Positions 1 to 8,982 of a DNA stretch of 64,000 nucleotides are shown one piece after another (positions within the stretch are counted from its first letter, which is position 1; each line of letters opens with the position of its first letter). The translations under genes were made by a program, and so were the position numbers. Under the pieces are notes generated by a model. That model saw nothing but the letters and a program-made list of their open reading frames with translations. It did not search any database and was not told where the DNA came from. The stretch is from positions 288,001 through 352,000 of the forward strand of contig JALDAJ010000001.1 in assembly GCA_022729235.1 (NCBI GenBank), given 5' to 3'. This stretch comes from Candidatus Nanohalarchaeota archaeon (GTDB taxonomy: Archaea > Nanohalarchaeota > Nanosalinia > Nanosalinales > Nanosalinaceae).

Positions 1-465
1 GTCAATCCGTACAACAAACCTGTGGCACGGTTCACCTTCCTGTTTTGACCATACCGTTACCGGTTCTCCCGTGGTCAGCTGGGCATACATGGCGGACGCA
101 GAAATCCCGATACCCTGCTGTCCCCTTGACTGCTGGAGCTTGTGGAACTTGGAACCGTACAGGAGTTTACCGAATACCTTCGGAATCGTCTCTCTGTCCA
201 GCCCGATCGCGTTGTCCCTGATTTCTACCCGGCACTTATCGTCTCCTATCTCATCTATCAGCACGTGGATCTCCGGGAGTATCTCATCCTCTTCACACGC
301 ATCCAGAGAGTTGTCGACAGCCTCTTTTATTACAGTTATAATCGATTTTTGGGCATTTTCGAACCCTAGAAGGTGCTTGTTTTTCTCGAAGAACTCCGCC
401 ACCGAAATCTCGCGGTGGTCTGAGCCTTCCTCTATCTCTGCTTGTTGTTCTACTCCGTTTGGCAT
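1..465 (-). CDS. top6B: DNA topoisomerase VI subunit B, N-terminal part (runs off window)
   Basis: Not in the ORF track; translated by hand from ATG at 465: MPNGVEQQAEIEEGSDHREISVAEFFEKNKHLLGF...KEAVDNSLDACEE...FGKLLYGSKFHKLQQSRGQQGIGIS. These are the GHKL motifs of Top6B. GGTGAT SD lies upstream. Confidence 0.95.
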   Translation of the reverse strand, partial: MPNGVEQQAEIEEGSDHREISVAEFFEKNKHLLGFENAQKSIITVIKEAVDNSLDACEEDEILPEIHVLIDEIGDDKCRVEIRDNAIGLDRETIPKVFGKLLYGSKFHKLQQSRGQQGIGISASAMYAQLTTGEPVTVWSKQEGEPCHRFVVRID

Positions 466-472
466 TTCAAAA

Positions 473-478
473 ATCACC
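473..478 (-). promoter_or_regulatory. Shine-Dalgarno GGTGAT for top6B
   Basis: ATCACC on + strand, 7 nt before the ATG. The same motif precedes ef1b, alba and the 28988, 42232 and 45013 genes. Confidence 0.7.
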
Positions 479-499
479 TAAGGGATTTTTTGCAAGGCC

Positions 500-568
500 G
501 AAACCCTGCGGATTTCTAGTCTGTAGAAGACCTTTTTGGTCTTCGAGTCCCGAAATTCCTTGAATTTC
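500..568. repeat. Three tandem GAA...TTC hairpins (short palindromic intergenic element)
   Basis: GAAACCC-tgc-GGATTTC (500-516, one mismatch), GAAGACC-ttttt-GGTCTTC (526-544) and GAAATTC-ctt-GAATTTC (552-568). Confidence 0.7.
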
Positions 569-600
569 TGTCATAGTATCAGTTTTCGTAAGTTCAGTTT

Positions 601-1107
601 TCAATGTTTGATTTTGTCCTGGTTTTTCTCTATGTATCCGTAAGCCGTGGAATGCGAACTACCCTGTAGCAGCATCCTTATAGCCTCCATCGCAACTTCG
701 ATGTTCCCTGGATCGCCTATCAGTCCTATCGTGGAGCCGTAAATCGATATATCGATATTAGCCTGTTTTTCGAGGTGTCGCCTTGTTTCCCCATCTCTCC
801 CGATTACTCTACCTTTCAGTCGTTCACGGGAGTTGGAGGTTTCAGCATAGTCATTCACATCTATTATCTTCAGAGCCTTATCTTTCTCAGTCGCTAGCCT
901 GAACGCCTTTTCGGGATTAAACCCTCTTCCGACAGCCCTGACTATATTAGCCGCACTCATCTCTTCTAATGGTTCACCATCGATCCTGGCTGTATTATCA
1001 TCTATCTCAAGTTCACATCCTGTCACGTCCTCAAAATCTCTCCTGGTCTCTCCTCCTTCTCCTATTAGAACGCCGACGCGATCTTCAGGTATTTTTACCT
1101 CTTTCAC
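601..1107 (-). CDS. KH-domain pre-rRNA processing protein (Dim2/Pno1 family)
   Basis: Two KH GxxG loops (LIGEGG, VIGRDG) and AVGRGFNPE; sits in the conserved aIF1A-RIO1-KH cluster. Confidence 0.92.
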   Translation of the reverse strand: MKEVKIPEDRVGVLIGEGGETRRDFEDVTGCELEIDDNTARIDGEPLEEMSAANIVRAVGRGFNPEKAFRLATEKDKALKIIDVNDYAETSNSRERLKGRVIGRDGETRRHLEKQANIDISIYGSTIGLIGDPGNIEVAMEAIRMLLQGSSHSTAYGYIEKNQDKIKH

Positions 1108-1160
1108 CCTAATCCCTGTAAAGGGTAACTTTACAAACCTTTAAATACCTTAAATCCGAG

Positions 1161-1937
1161 TTACAGCGCTTCTTCGCCAGAAAAAATACGTTCAAAGGCT
1201 TTCTGAGGATCGGTTTCAGAACCCTGCTTTTCGAAGAAATCAGCCACCTGCTCGATGTCACGCCGCAGCAGCTCCTGTGCCCGCGGATGAGTCTTGTGAA
1301 TGCCCTGGGAGAAGTCAATCAACACCAGTTCATCCTCTTCAACCAGGATGTTATACTCGGATAGGTCGCCATGGACAAGCTCCTCTTGCCTCCATAACCG
1401 TTCGATACCATCAATAACACGCTCATAACCGAACTCCGGGTTCTCTATCTCGACGTCTTTCAGCTTGGGATACGGTCGGAAATCCTCTCCTATAAACTCC
1501 ATGACCAGTATGTTGTCCTCCGTATCGATAGGTTCAGGGCATCTGACAACGTTTCTCGCTTTCTGCAGGTTCCTGTACTCCTTCCGGCACCATTCAGTTA
1601 TAATCGACCAGCGGTCGTCTTTGACATTTCTGAAACGTTTATCACCCTGCAAGTACTGCTTCATCTCCCGGAAATTCCCTGCCCGGGTCATGTAGATTTT
1701 TACCAGCACACGTTCTCCATCTGGTGTGTCCGCAAGAAAAACAACTGATTCCTTACCCGACTCGATAGTACCGTACAACCTCTCCAGCACCTTCCTGTCC
1801 GCGAGTTTCAGTAATGCGCGCTGTGTCCTGTGGTCGAAAACGTTCTCAAAGGCTTTCTTCGCCTCGGAGGTATCAAACATGCGACGGGATTCTTCACGCC
1901 AGCGCTCCCGGAAATCAAAGTCTTCCTCATCCATCAT
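1161..1937 (-). CDS. rio1: RIO1 serine/threonine kinase
   Basis: SGKESVV, VKIY, LVHGDLSEYNIL and IDFSQ motifs. Confidence 0.95.
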   Translation of the reverse strand: MMDEEDFDFRERWREESRRMFDTSEAKKAFENVFDHRTQRALLKLADRKVLERLYGTIESGKESVVFLADTPDGERVLVKIYMTRAGNFREMKQYLQGDKRFRNVKDDRWSIITEWCRKEYRNLQKARNVVRCPEPIDTEDNILVMEFIGEDFRPYPKLKDVEIENPEFGYERVIDGIERLWRQEELVHGDLSEYNILVEEDELVLIDFSQGIHKTHPRAQELLRRDIEQVADFFEKQGSETDPQKAFERIFSGEEAL

Positions 1938-2218
1938 TCAAGCTTTTCCCGGGCAATCCTCAAAACGTTAACCTGGTATCCTAGAGAGGTAGCGATGGCG
2001 ACTGCTCCAGATACAGCAACATACGGCAGATGCGTCGCAGCTCTTACCCAGTACTCCGTGAATGACAGGCATACCTCTGCGACAGGTCCGTCCTGGAAGT
2101 CTCCAAGCGACCCGCAGAACTCAGTTATCATGAAATCATTGTTGAAAAGTGTTATCAGGGTAACAACAGCTGCATAAGCCACAACTCCGATAAGCGTTGC
2201 CTTCCAGCTACGTTCCAT
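1934..2218 (-). CDS. Small two-TM membrane protein
   Basis: Two hydrophobic segments with a Cys pair in the loop; ATGA overlap with rio1. Confidence 0.7.
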   Translation of the reverse strand: MERSWKATLIGVVAYAAVVTLITLFNNDFMITEFCGSLGDFQDGPVAEVCLSFTEYWVRAATHLPYVAVSGAVAIATSLGYQVNVLRIAREKLE

Positions 2219-2260
2219 ACGTACTATTTCTGCATCCTCCTATAAAAAGTACCCGAAAAG

Positions 2261-2569
2261 TTACAGGAACTCCGAGATTTCGCCGAGGTAGTCATTATCT
2301 TCCAGCCACTCCGTCTCCGCCTGCGAGTAGCTGTAGACGATATCTCCTTTCTCGTCGCCCTGTATATCCCACGGATTTACGAGAACTACGGAGTCTCTCT
2401 TCACCCAGATGCTTCGCTTCTTTGCACCTGGAATCCTGCAGATACGTTTATTCCCGTCAGTGCAGTAGACACGGTACTTTCCACCGCCTTCTTTCCTGAG
2501 CACGATCCCCAGTACTTCATCTCCTGATGGCTCACGTACTCTTCCGATACTTTCCTCTTCTTCACTCAT
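2261..2569 (-). CDS. eif1a: Translation initiation factor aIF-1A
   Basis: CTDGNKRICRIPG, WVKRDSVVLVNPWDIQ and KGDIVY motifs. Confidence 0.95.
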   Translation of the reverse strand: MSEEEESIGRVREPSGDEVLGIVLRKEGGGKYRVYCTDGNKRICRIPGAKKRSIWVKRDSVVLVNPWDIQGDEKGDIVYSYSQAETEWLEDNDYLGEISEFL

Positions 2570-2619
2570 ATTTCCTCTTTGGGCTCCCTATATTTTTAAA
2601 CTCGGTATTCCTGAGCAAA

Positions 2620-3168
2620 CTATTCACCGACCCGGATGATAACCGGCGAACATCTCAGCCGTTCTCTCAGGCTCCGGACAGAGTCCTGAAGCCTTTCTTC
2701 CGGCATCTGCATCTCTTTTCCAGTCCACGAATCGTTGACAGTAAACCCTTCCGAAGCCGTGTAGTCGGAAAGTAAGACCCAGTGAGCGAAATGAGTGTAC
2801 ATATCTAGGTGCCACTTGTCAAGCAAGACTATAGCCACGTCGTTTCTAGCTGCCTCCCGGTAATCCTCCAGGTGAAGAGGTTTATGTACAGGATTCAGTT
2901 GCTCCTCCAGCTCCTCTGATAATTCGTGATACCTACGCTCTAGATAGGGTGATTCCACAAACACCTCTGCAGTGTAGTCTTTCTTGAGTTTGCTGATAAG
3001 GTACGGTTCGTAGCACTCTCTGTCAAACCTGAACGATTCATTCATGAGTCGGAACTCTTTCTCTTTATCCCACTCATAACTTTTTTCGTAGTGTGAGCGC
3101 GCCATCGCGTAACAGTTGATGAAGCAGCTGAAAGGAGCCGACTGCCTGAACGTTAAAACACCAGACAT
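2620..3168 (-). CDS. Peptidase C39-like (papain-fold) protein
   Basis: Q-x5-C near the N-terminus (RQSAPFSC), HWVL and NDSW give a Cys-His-Asp pattern. Confidence 0.6.
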   Translation of the reverse strand: MSGVLTFRQSAPFSCFINCYAMARSHYEKSYEWDKEKEFRLMNESFRFDRECYEPYLISKLKKDYTAEVFVESPYLERRYHELSEELEEQLNPVHKPLHLEDYREAARNDVAIVLLDKWHLDMYTHFAHWVLLSDYTASEGFTVNDSWTGKEMQMPEERLQDSVRSLRERLRCSPVIIRVGE

Positions 3169-3253
3169 AGTTTAAGAGAAGGTCTGAAAGCTTAAAAAGC
3201 TTGCTAAATTAATAATATCTAAAATAAGATAATTTAAACAACTTTCAGAATAT

Positions 3254-3931
3254 TTAATTCATCCTAACAGACACTACGTTCCTGTAGACCTCCTGCCCGT
3301 CTTCCTCACCTATAAGTTCATAGGAGCGCTTGATTTCCGGGTCGTACCGGTCTCTTAGAATGGACAGGATTTTCTTCGCCATCCTCTCCGTTGATATGTA
3401 GAAGTTATAGCCGTGGTCGGTGTCCTCCATGTTGGAGAGGAAGTCTTTCCGGCTCTCGTTTGTCATCTCCGCCGCCCTGTCGACTATCGTATCCCTTACA
3501 TGTTCGAGTTCATCACCTCTTAACTGTATCTTGACCTTGTAGAACCCGCCCGTGAACTTGGAGCAGTCGGGGCACTGATTGTTCTCGAACCTGACTTCGG
3601 TGTCGTAGTAGGCATTCATCTCGTCTTTCGAGGCATGTACCCGGGCGAACATGTCGTCGTCTTCCTCCCAGAACTGTATCTCCATCTCCACATCTGGTTC
3701 TGAGAACTCTTCGAACCTCGCGCCGAGCTGGTCCTGGACAGTGTATTCCTCTATCCATTCACCAGACTTCCTCATACGTCCGCAGACAGGACAGACTACT
3801 ATCTCCACTTTATCCGGTATATCAAGTAGTGCGTGTTTCTCAGGGTAACAGCGGGCGCATAGCTTCTTCTTGTCGCCGTAGAGTTCCTCGACCTCGCGGC
3901 CGCACCGGGGACAGAATTTTGTCAAGTTCAT
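3254..3931 (-). CDS. nmd3: NMD3 family ribosome biogenesis protein
   Basis: CPRCG, CARC, CPVCG and CPDC zinc knuckles; GGFYKVKIQLRG; YRNVVSVR end. Confidence 0.9.
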   Translation of the reverse strand: MNLTKFCPRCGREVEELYGDKKKLCARCYPEKHALLDIPDKVEIVVCPVCGRMRKSGEWIEEYTVQDQLGARFEEFSEPDVEMEIQFWEEDDDMFARVHASKDEMNAYYDTEVRFENNQCPDCSKFTGGFYKVKIQLRGDELEHVRDTIVDRAAEMTNESRKDFLSNMEDTDHGYNFYISTERMAKKILSILRDRYDPEIKRSYELIGEEDGQEVYRNVVSVRMN

Positions 3932-3955
3932 GGTCTGGTTTTGGCTTTCAAAGCT

Positions 3956-4282
3956 TTAAATCTCGAATTCCAGTCGGTCACCTTCCTCTAACTCGAGAGG
4001 TTCTGTCGATTCTAAGAGATATCTCGCTGGTTCTCCCGGTCTATAGAATCTCCAGGGCTTTGCCTCTTGGATATCAACCACTTTTTTCTCGCTGTCAAGG
4101 AACACGAGCTGTAGAGGTACGGGCACGAACATCATGTCGATTACCGGTTTTCTTTCGTAGAAGCTGAAAAGCATCTTTCCCTCACTCCTGAATCTCATCC
4201 CTCGTGCCTTTGAAACAGGGTCATCCGCCAGCTCTGCTTCTATAATACGGTGGCCGAGGTCGATTTCAATGACCTGAGACAT
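3956..4282 (-). CDS. DUF192 family protein
   Basis: ADDPVSKARGMRFR, GKMLF, MMFVPVPLQLVFLD and YLLE motifs. Confidence 0.85.
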   Translation of the reverse strand: MSQVIEIDLGHRIIEAELADDPVSKARGMRFRSEGKMLFSFYERKPVIDMMFVPVPLQLVFLDSEKKVVDIQEAKPWRFYRPGEPARYLLESTEPLELEEGDRLEFEI

Positions 4283-4321
4283 ATGTTGCTACTTGATTTC
4301 ACATGCCTTTATCTTAATCGA

Positions 4322-4663
4322 CTAAAGATCCTCCATATCCTCGAAGTGGAGAAAATGTTTAACCGCGTTAGGATAGTTCTTTTCCAGTCTCTCGACAAGC
4401 TCCGGATAAACTTCCTCAAATAACTCTAACTCTAGATAATCTCCCTCAATCGACATCTCATATCTCCGGGTCCCTCCTACTTCAGACCGTCCCTGAAGAT
4501 ACATATCCAGCCTCCATAAACCGTCTTCCTCTGGCTGGTTCGGAGTCAGCACTATCCGTGTCCTATCCTTATCTAAGCCAAACTCATGGAACCTTTCTAC
4601 ATCACCAACATATTTTTCGATAAACTCTTCATAATCCATACTCAGTTTTAGAGGTTGAGCCAA
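4322..4663 (-). CDS. Hypothetical acidic protein (start may be MDYEE)
   Basis: Fills the gap between genes; acidic composition typical of this genome. Confidence 0.55.
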   Translation of the reverse strand: MAQPLKLSMDYEEFIEKYVGDVERFHEFGLDKDRTRIVLTPNQPEEDGLWRLDMYLQGRSEVGGTRRYEMSIEGDYLELELFEEVYPELVERLEKNYPNAVKHFLHFEDMEDL

Positions 4664-4688
4664 GGATTAAAACCAAAACTATAGAGTA

Positions 4689-5459
4689 TCACAACTTACC
4701 GGTAAAACCGCGTCCAAACCCCGAAACCTTTCTGACCGTGTAAGCACCCTTCCTGGCAGTACCTTTCAGATAATGGTAAGCGCTCTTGTAAACAGGCACC
4801 CTCCGACCCTGTATATCCGTCCGGCCGTCTCTTATAGCCTTGACGACATCCGCAGAATCTATCTCGTCCAGAGAGCCCTTTTCCTCGAAAACTATCTCTG
4901 TATAGGCTCTCCCGACCGTAGCCACAGAGTGAGAATCGCTCGCCGCCACACCAGGAATCTCTCTCTTCCTCGCAAATTTTTTGGCTCTCCTGTTCCTGTA
5001 ACCCGTGAATAGCCAAGAATTATAGATCTCCAGAGCGTCCGGCCAGGGTTTGTTTATCCTCCTCTTCTTCACACCGTGTCTCGTTCTCTGGAACGGATGC
5101 GGTATAACCGCCGCACCTCCAAGCTCTCTTACCCGCTCTATAGTCTCCTTTAACGGCTTCTTTTTCTCCGGCTTCTTCTCTACACCGAGCGCTAGCAGGT
5201 GTCCTGCCTTCGTCGAAACCTCGACACCAGGAACCCCTATAAGACCGTAATCTTCCGCCATATCTGCCGCTTCCAAGGACTTCTCTATCTCATCGTGGTC
5301 AGTAATAGCGACCGCGTCAAGCCCGATATCCGCGGCGTGTTCAAGTATCAGGTCGACAGGCTCCTTTCCATCATAAGATCCTTCAGAATGCACGTGCGGG
5401 TCGATGCTGACTCTTACTTCTTCCGGCATACAAAACCTTTTTGCATACTCCACCTTCAA
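4689..5459 (-). CDS. PHP-domain metal-dependent phosphoesterase (start probably MPEEV)
   Basis: DPHVHS, AITDHD, GVEVS, GHLL, PHPF and SDSH motifs. Confidence 0.9.
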   Translation of the reverse strand: MKVEYAKRFCMPEEVRVSIDPHVHSEGSYDGKEPVDLILEHAADIGLDAVAITDHDEIEKSLEAADMAEDYGLIGVPGVEVSTKAGHLLALGVEKKPEKKKPLKETIERVRELGGAAVIPHPFQRTRHGVKKRRINKPWPDALEIYNSWLFTGYRNRRAKKFARKREIPGVAASDSHSVATVGRAYTEIVFEEKGSLDEIDSADVVKAIRDGRTDIQGRRVPVYKSAYHYLKGTARKGAYTVRKVSGFGRGFTGKL

Positions 5460-5489
5460 AAAAGCGTTTACGGAATACTGGTATACCAG

Positions 5490-5966
5490 ATGCGGAGGCT
5501 GAAGAGTTACAGGGAAAAAGTCAGAGAGGAACTAAACAGGGCGCTCAGAGAGGACCACACTCCCAGAGAGACCGCCCTCAGCGCCGCGCTAGGAGCCTTT
5601 GTAACCACGCTACCCACCCTTGGTCTAGGCGTCCTCTTCTTTCTGGTTCTCGCAAAGATATTCGACAGCATCAACAAGCTGGCGCTATTCGCCTGCGTTG
5701 TGGTTTTCAACCCTGCGATGAAATACCCTATCTACATACTGAGCTACAAGGTCGGCGGGTTCCTCGTACATTCATCACCTCCGGAAGAGACCATCGAAGT
5801 GGCGATGACTACAAAGGCAGCAGAAGCCACCCAGACCATGCTGATCGGAAACCTCTTCCTCGCCTTCGTATTCTCGATATCCGCCTATTTCCTGGTCCTG
5901 AAAGCCGCGAGAACCTACGAAGAGAAAGACCTCCATCTAAGAGAAGAACTAGTAGAGAAGATGTAG
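5490..5966 (+). CDS. DUF2062 family membrane protein
   Basis: TPRETALSAALGAFVTTLPTLG, FNP and YKVG; ATG at 5490 lies inside the longer track ORF. Confidence 0.8.
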   Translation: MRRLKSYREKVREELNRALREDHTPRETALSAALGAFVTTLPTLGLGVLFFLVLAKIFDSINKLALFACVVVFNPAMKYPIYILSYKVGGFLVHSSPPEETIEVAMTTKAAEATQTMLIGNLFLAFVFSISAYFLVLKAARTYEEKDLHLREELVEKM

Positions 5967-5967
5967 A

Positions 5968-6450
5968 CTATTCATCCTCATCCGGATGCCTGTAGAACTT
6001 CACCGCCTCCTCGAACCTTTCCGTTCGAGTCACTTTACTCAAAAATTTCGCGAATCTTTCATGTCTGGGCACAACCACACTGAAAGCCGCAAACAGGCGG
6101 GCAAATCTACCGCCACGTGCGATAAGGTGAAGTATCTCCTGCGCCAGCTCACCGATTCTGATAGCGCCCTCAAGTAGCCGGAAAATCCAGAAGAACGGCA
6201 TAACCGCTATTATCTCAAGCCACTCTCTCCTGAGGAAGCCTCCCCAGCTCGCCGCGCGCCTGAACTTGAAAGACAGGTCACCAACGAAGATAGAAAGCAC
6301 AACCAGGTCGGCATAGAGGAAATAACGCTCGTACTCATACTTGAAACCAGTGAAGAATATATCCGCGATAACGATAACTAGCAACACCAAAAGAGCGGGT
6401 ACAATCATCTTGTCGAAAAACCATTCAAGCCTCGCCCAGAAACGCCTCAT
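5968..6450 (-). CDS. Ion_trans/voltage-sensor-like membrane protein lacking a pore domain
   Basis: S2-like DLVVLSIFVGDL, S3-like FLRREWLEIIAVMP, Arg-periodic S4-like FRLL...RGGRFARLF; no GYG filter. Confidence 0.6.
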   Translation of the reverse strand: MRRFWARLEWFFDKMIVPALLVLLVIVIADIFFTGFKYEYERYFLYADLVVLSIFVGDLSFKFRRAASWGGFLRREWLEIIAVMPFFWIFRLLEGAIRIGELAQEILHLIARGGRFARLFAAFSVVVPRHERFAKFLSKVTRTERFEEAVKFYRHPDEDE

Positions 6451-6561
6451 CTATAACCAGAATTATTGGATAGTCAATTTAAATTAATGCTCTCGGCGTG
6501 ACGGGTTGGCAACAGAGACAGGAGCAGATTTATACCCGTTAACACCACTGATAATGATGAA

Positions 6562-7203
6562 ATGATTGTAGTAGGGGTAGGAGGTGGCTCGGGAAGCGGG
6601 AAGACCTACATGTGCTCCCGGATAGAGGAGAAACTACCCGAGAAAACACTTATCTTCTCCATGGACCGGTACTACCGGCCGTTCAAGGACAAGGACGAGT
6701 TCGAGAGGAAACAGGTCAACTTCGACCTCCCAAAAGCGTTGGACTGGGAGCTGATGAAAGAACACCTCGGGAAACTGCAGGAACAGGAGAAAGTGATGAT
6801 GCCGGAGTACTCGTTCGAGAAGAACACCCGCGTAGGACACACCGAGGTCGAACCTCAGGAGATTGTTCTTGTAGAGGGGATACACGCCCTGCACGATGAA
6901 GAACTCAACCAGTTGATGGACCTGAAAGTCTTCCTCGACCCCGACCCGGACGTGAGAGCCGTGAGGAGGATGAAGCGCGACATCGCTGAAAGGAACCGCA
7001 ACCCGGAGTTCGCCGCCCGGCAGTACCTGGAGAAGACGAAACAGGCGCACCACGAACACGTCGAACCCACCAAACAGCGGGCAGACCTCGTACTCGACAC
7101 AGACCAGGCCAACCGGTTCATAGAAGCCGTCACACAAAAACTCCGGGAAGACGAAGCCTCGGACGCGGAAGACCTACACCGGTTCGCGAAAGAGAAAGTG
7201 TAG
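6562..7203 (+). CDS. udk: Uridine kinase
   Basis: GGSGSGKT P-loop, DRYY, NFDLP, VEGIHAL, RRMKRDI and HVEPTKQRAD motifs. Confidence 0.92.
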   Translation: MIVVGVGGGSGSGKTYMCSRIEEKLPEKTLIFSMDRYYRPFKDKDEFERKQVNFDLPKALDWELMKEHLGKLQEQEKVMMPEYSFEKNTRVGHTEVEPQEIVLVEGIHALHDEELNQLMDLKVFLDPDPDVRAVRRMKRDIAERNRNPEFAARQYLEKTKQAHHEHVEPTKQRADLVLDTDQANRFIEAVTQKLREDEASDAEDLHRFAKEKV

Positions 7204-7253
7204 CACTCAAGTTAAATCCTGTGCAAGCGAATTATTTCCTACAACGTTAACGA

Positions 7254-7724
7254 TTAAGTTCTCCGGTTGTTACGCAGTTGCTGTTGCTGAGACATATTCC
7301 TATCCTTCCCTGAACTATCCCTGTATCCACCGGCCATGAGTACAGCGCCTGCTGACATCAGTACGAATCCCAGTCCGCCGACAAGCAGAGCTCCGCTCAT
7401 ATCACCTTCTATAATACCTATAGGCATCAGAATACCGAAGAACAACCATCCGACCTTGACAGGTACTATACCGGACATCACCTGGAGCGCGTTTAGAGCA
7501 GATCCGGTCTCAGCCTTCACTCTCTGGTAACTCCTGTAGGTCTGCCTGTAGTTCAGGATAGAGCTAAGCACATCCCTGCTCCAGAAAACAAGAGCTGCAA
7601 AAGCACCTAGATAGACCAACCAGTACAGCGACTCCAGCCTGAGAACCGCTATAGGCAACGGCAAGAGAGCCAAAACATTCGGGCCATACCTTTTCAGATC
7701 CCTTCTAAAATCCGTCTTACCCAT
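7254..7724 (-). CDS. Hypothetical membrane protein (about 4 TM)
   Basis: 156-aa ORF with several hydrophobic segments. Confidence 0.65.
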   Translation of the reverse strand: MGKTDFRRDLKRYGPNVLALLPLPIAVLRLESLYWLVYLGAFAALVFWSRDVLSSILNYRQTYRSYQRVKAETGSALNALQVMSGIVPVKVGWLFFGILMPIGIIEGDMSGALLVGGLGFVLMSAGAVLMAGGYRDSSGKDRNMSQQQQLRNNRRT

Positions 7725-7810
7725 ACATACCTCTTAACAAACCCCGAACTTAAATTTACACCTCCCCGGAGAAGAGACAAGAGAATCCAAAGACTATAGA
7801 AAGACTCCTA

Positions 7811-7821
7811 CGCCCCCTCAG
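7811..7821 (-). repeat. att-like copy of the tRNA-Arg 3' end
   Basis: CGCCCCCTCAG is identical to 10038-10048. Confidence 0.65.
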
Positions 7822-7995
7822 AACACATAACCAACCATTCAGTGCCCCGATAAGAAACAGGGTATCTCGAAAGGGCTAGCAACCTAGACGTACTTATATC
7901 CCATCGGAAACACGGTTGAGGGCTCTGAACCAATGGTTCAAAGTCCCAGTTGAGCACTGAACCCCGCCAAACTATCGTATCCTGAGCACACCTGG

Positions 7996-8982
7996 TTAGA
8001 GAACTTGCTTGTTATCTTCAGCAGATCGGTAGAGGCTCCGGATGTAGTGCATAGCTGCTAGAGCGTATTCGACTGCGACTTCCGGCTGAACATCCCACCT
8101 TTCCAGTGTCTTTGGGTTATAACCGTGACCGCCGCTCGGATTTCGCATTCCCCCGAGATAGTTGCCACCGTGAAGATGTCTCTTCATCGTCCAATTTTCT
8201 TTGTGTAGTTCTGTCGCGAGTTGACCTATACCTGAGGCGCTGCTATAGTTTCCGCTTGTACCATAGTCGTTTCCTATATCTCTTTGAAAATCTTCTACAG
8301 CTCTACCCGCTGCGGAAATAGAATTTCTTGGTGAGCTGTTGTGTTCAACTAAAGCAGTTGCTAGTTCATCTACATACTTGTCGTTCATATAAGCTACAAC
8401 ATCTTCACCAATCTGGTCTTCGATGAAAATACGAGCAGTAGCTTCGGATTTAAGAGCATCTTCCAACTCCTGGATGTACTCTTCGGATATTGGGCTATCC
8501 TTGGCAGAAACGGCGATGGTCCCGTTATCATTCTCAAGGAGATTCGAATAGGTTCCAAGCTTAATGAACTGCTTCTTTATCTTCTCTTCACTGATTCCTA
8601 AATCATACAGGACATCAACTTGTACCGCAGCACGATCTGGTTCATATCCCTTGGAAAGAAATGAGAGGAAGGCGATGAATGGTTTGTACCTTTGAAGATA
8701 CTTGTTTAGAATTACAAACCGCTGATCCGGAGACAGTTTCCTGACTTCCTCGGCTATATCAGAGTTTACTTCGAACCCGCTATCAACTTCTTGCATAAGG
8801 TTTAGTTCTTCCCCTAAGTGTATGACTGCCTTAGTATAGCGAGTTCCACAGTCGATGAACCGAGAAATTTCATCTCTTTCGAGTGGTCTTGGAGTCTGCG
8901 ATAGTCCAAATACAGCTTCCATCAATACCTCAGGGTTCACTACATTGGCCCGCAGAGATTGATGTACCTCCGACATGTTCAC
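7996..8982 (-). CDS. Winged-helix plus C-terminal HEPN (Abi_C-like) protein, putative RNase effector
   Basis: C-terminal AGRAVE helix, then RNPSGGHG (R-x5-H), then a helix AVEYALAAMHYIRSLY. The N-terminal part shows two wHTH-like patterns. Confidence 0.7.
   Translation of the reverse strand: MNMSEVHQSLRANVVNPEVLMEAVFGLSQTPRPLERDEISRFIDCGTRYTKAVIHLGEELNLMQEVDSGFEVNSDIAEEVRKLSPDQRFVILNKYLQRYKPFIAFLSFLSKGYEPDRAAVQVDVLYDLGISEEKIKKQFIKLGTYSNLLENDNGTIAVSAKDSPISEEYIQELEDALKSEATARIFIEDQIGEDVVAYMNDKYVDELATALVEHNSSPRNSISAAGRAVEDFQRDIGNDYGTSGNYSSASGIGQLATELHKENWTMKRHLHGGNYLGGMRNPSGGHGYNPKTLERWDVQPEVAVEYALAAMHYIRSLYRSAEDNKQVL

Noticed and set aside
71-481. Plus-strand ORFs 71-481 and 142-369
   Set aside because: They overlap the clearly recognisable top6B on the minus strand.
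5199-5489. N-terminal extensions in track ORFs (5199, 10214, 42208, 51384, 63182)
   Set aside because: They overlap neighbouring genes or promoters; downstream starts fit SD motifs, signal peptides or family lengths better.
7915-7960. Possible tRNA fragment (GGTTCAAAGTCCC resembles a T arm)
   Set aside because: No D arm, anticodon arm or acceptor stem can be built; treated as a simple hairpin.
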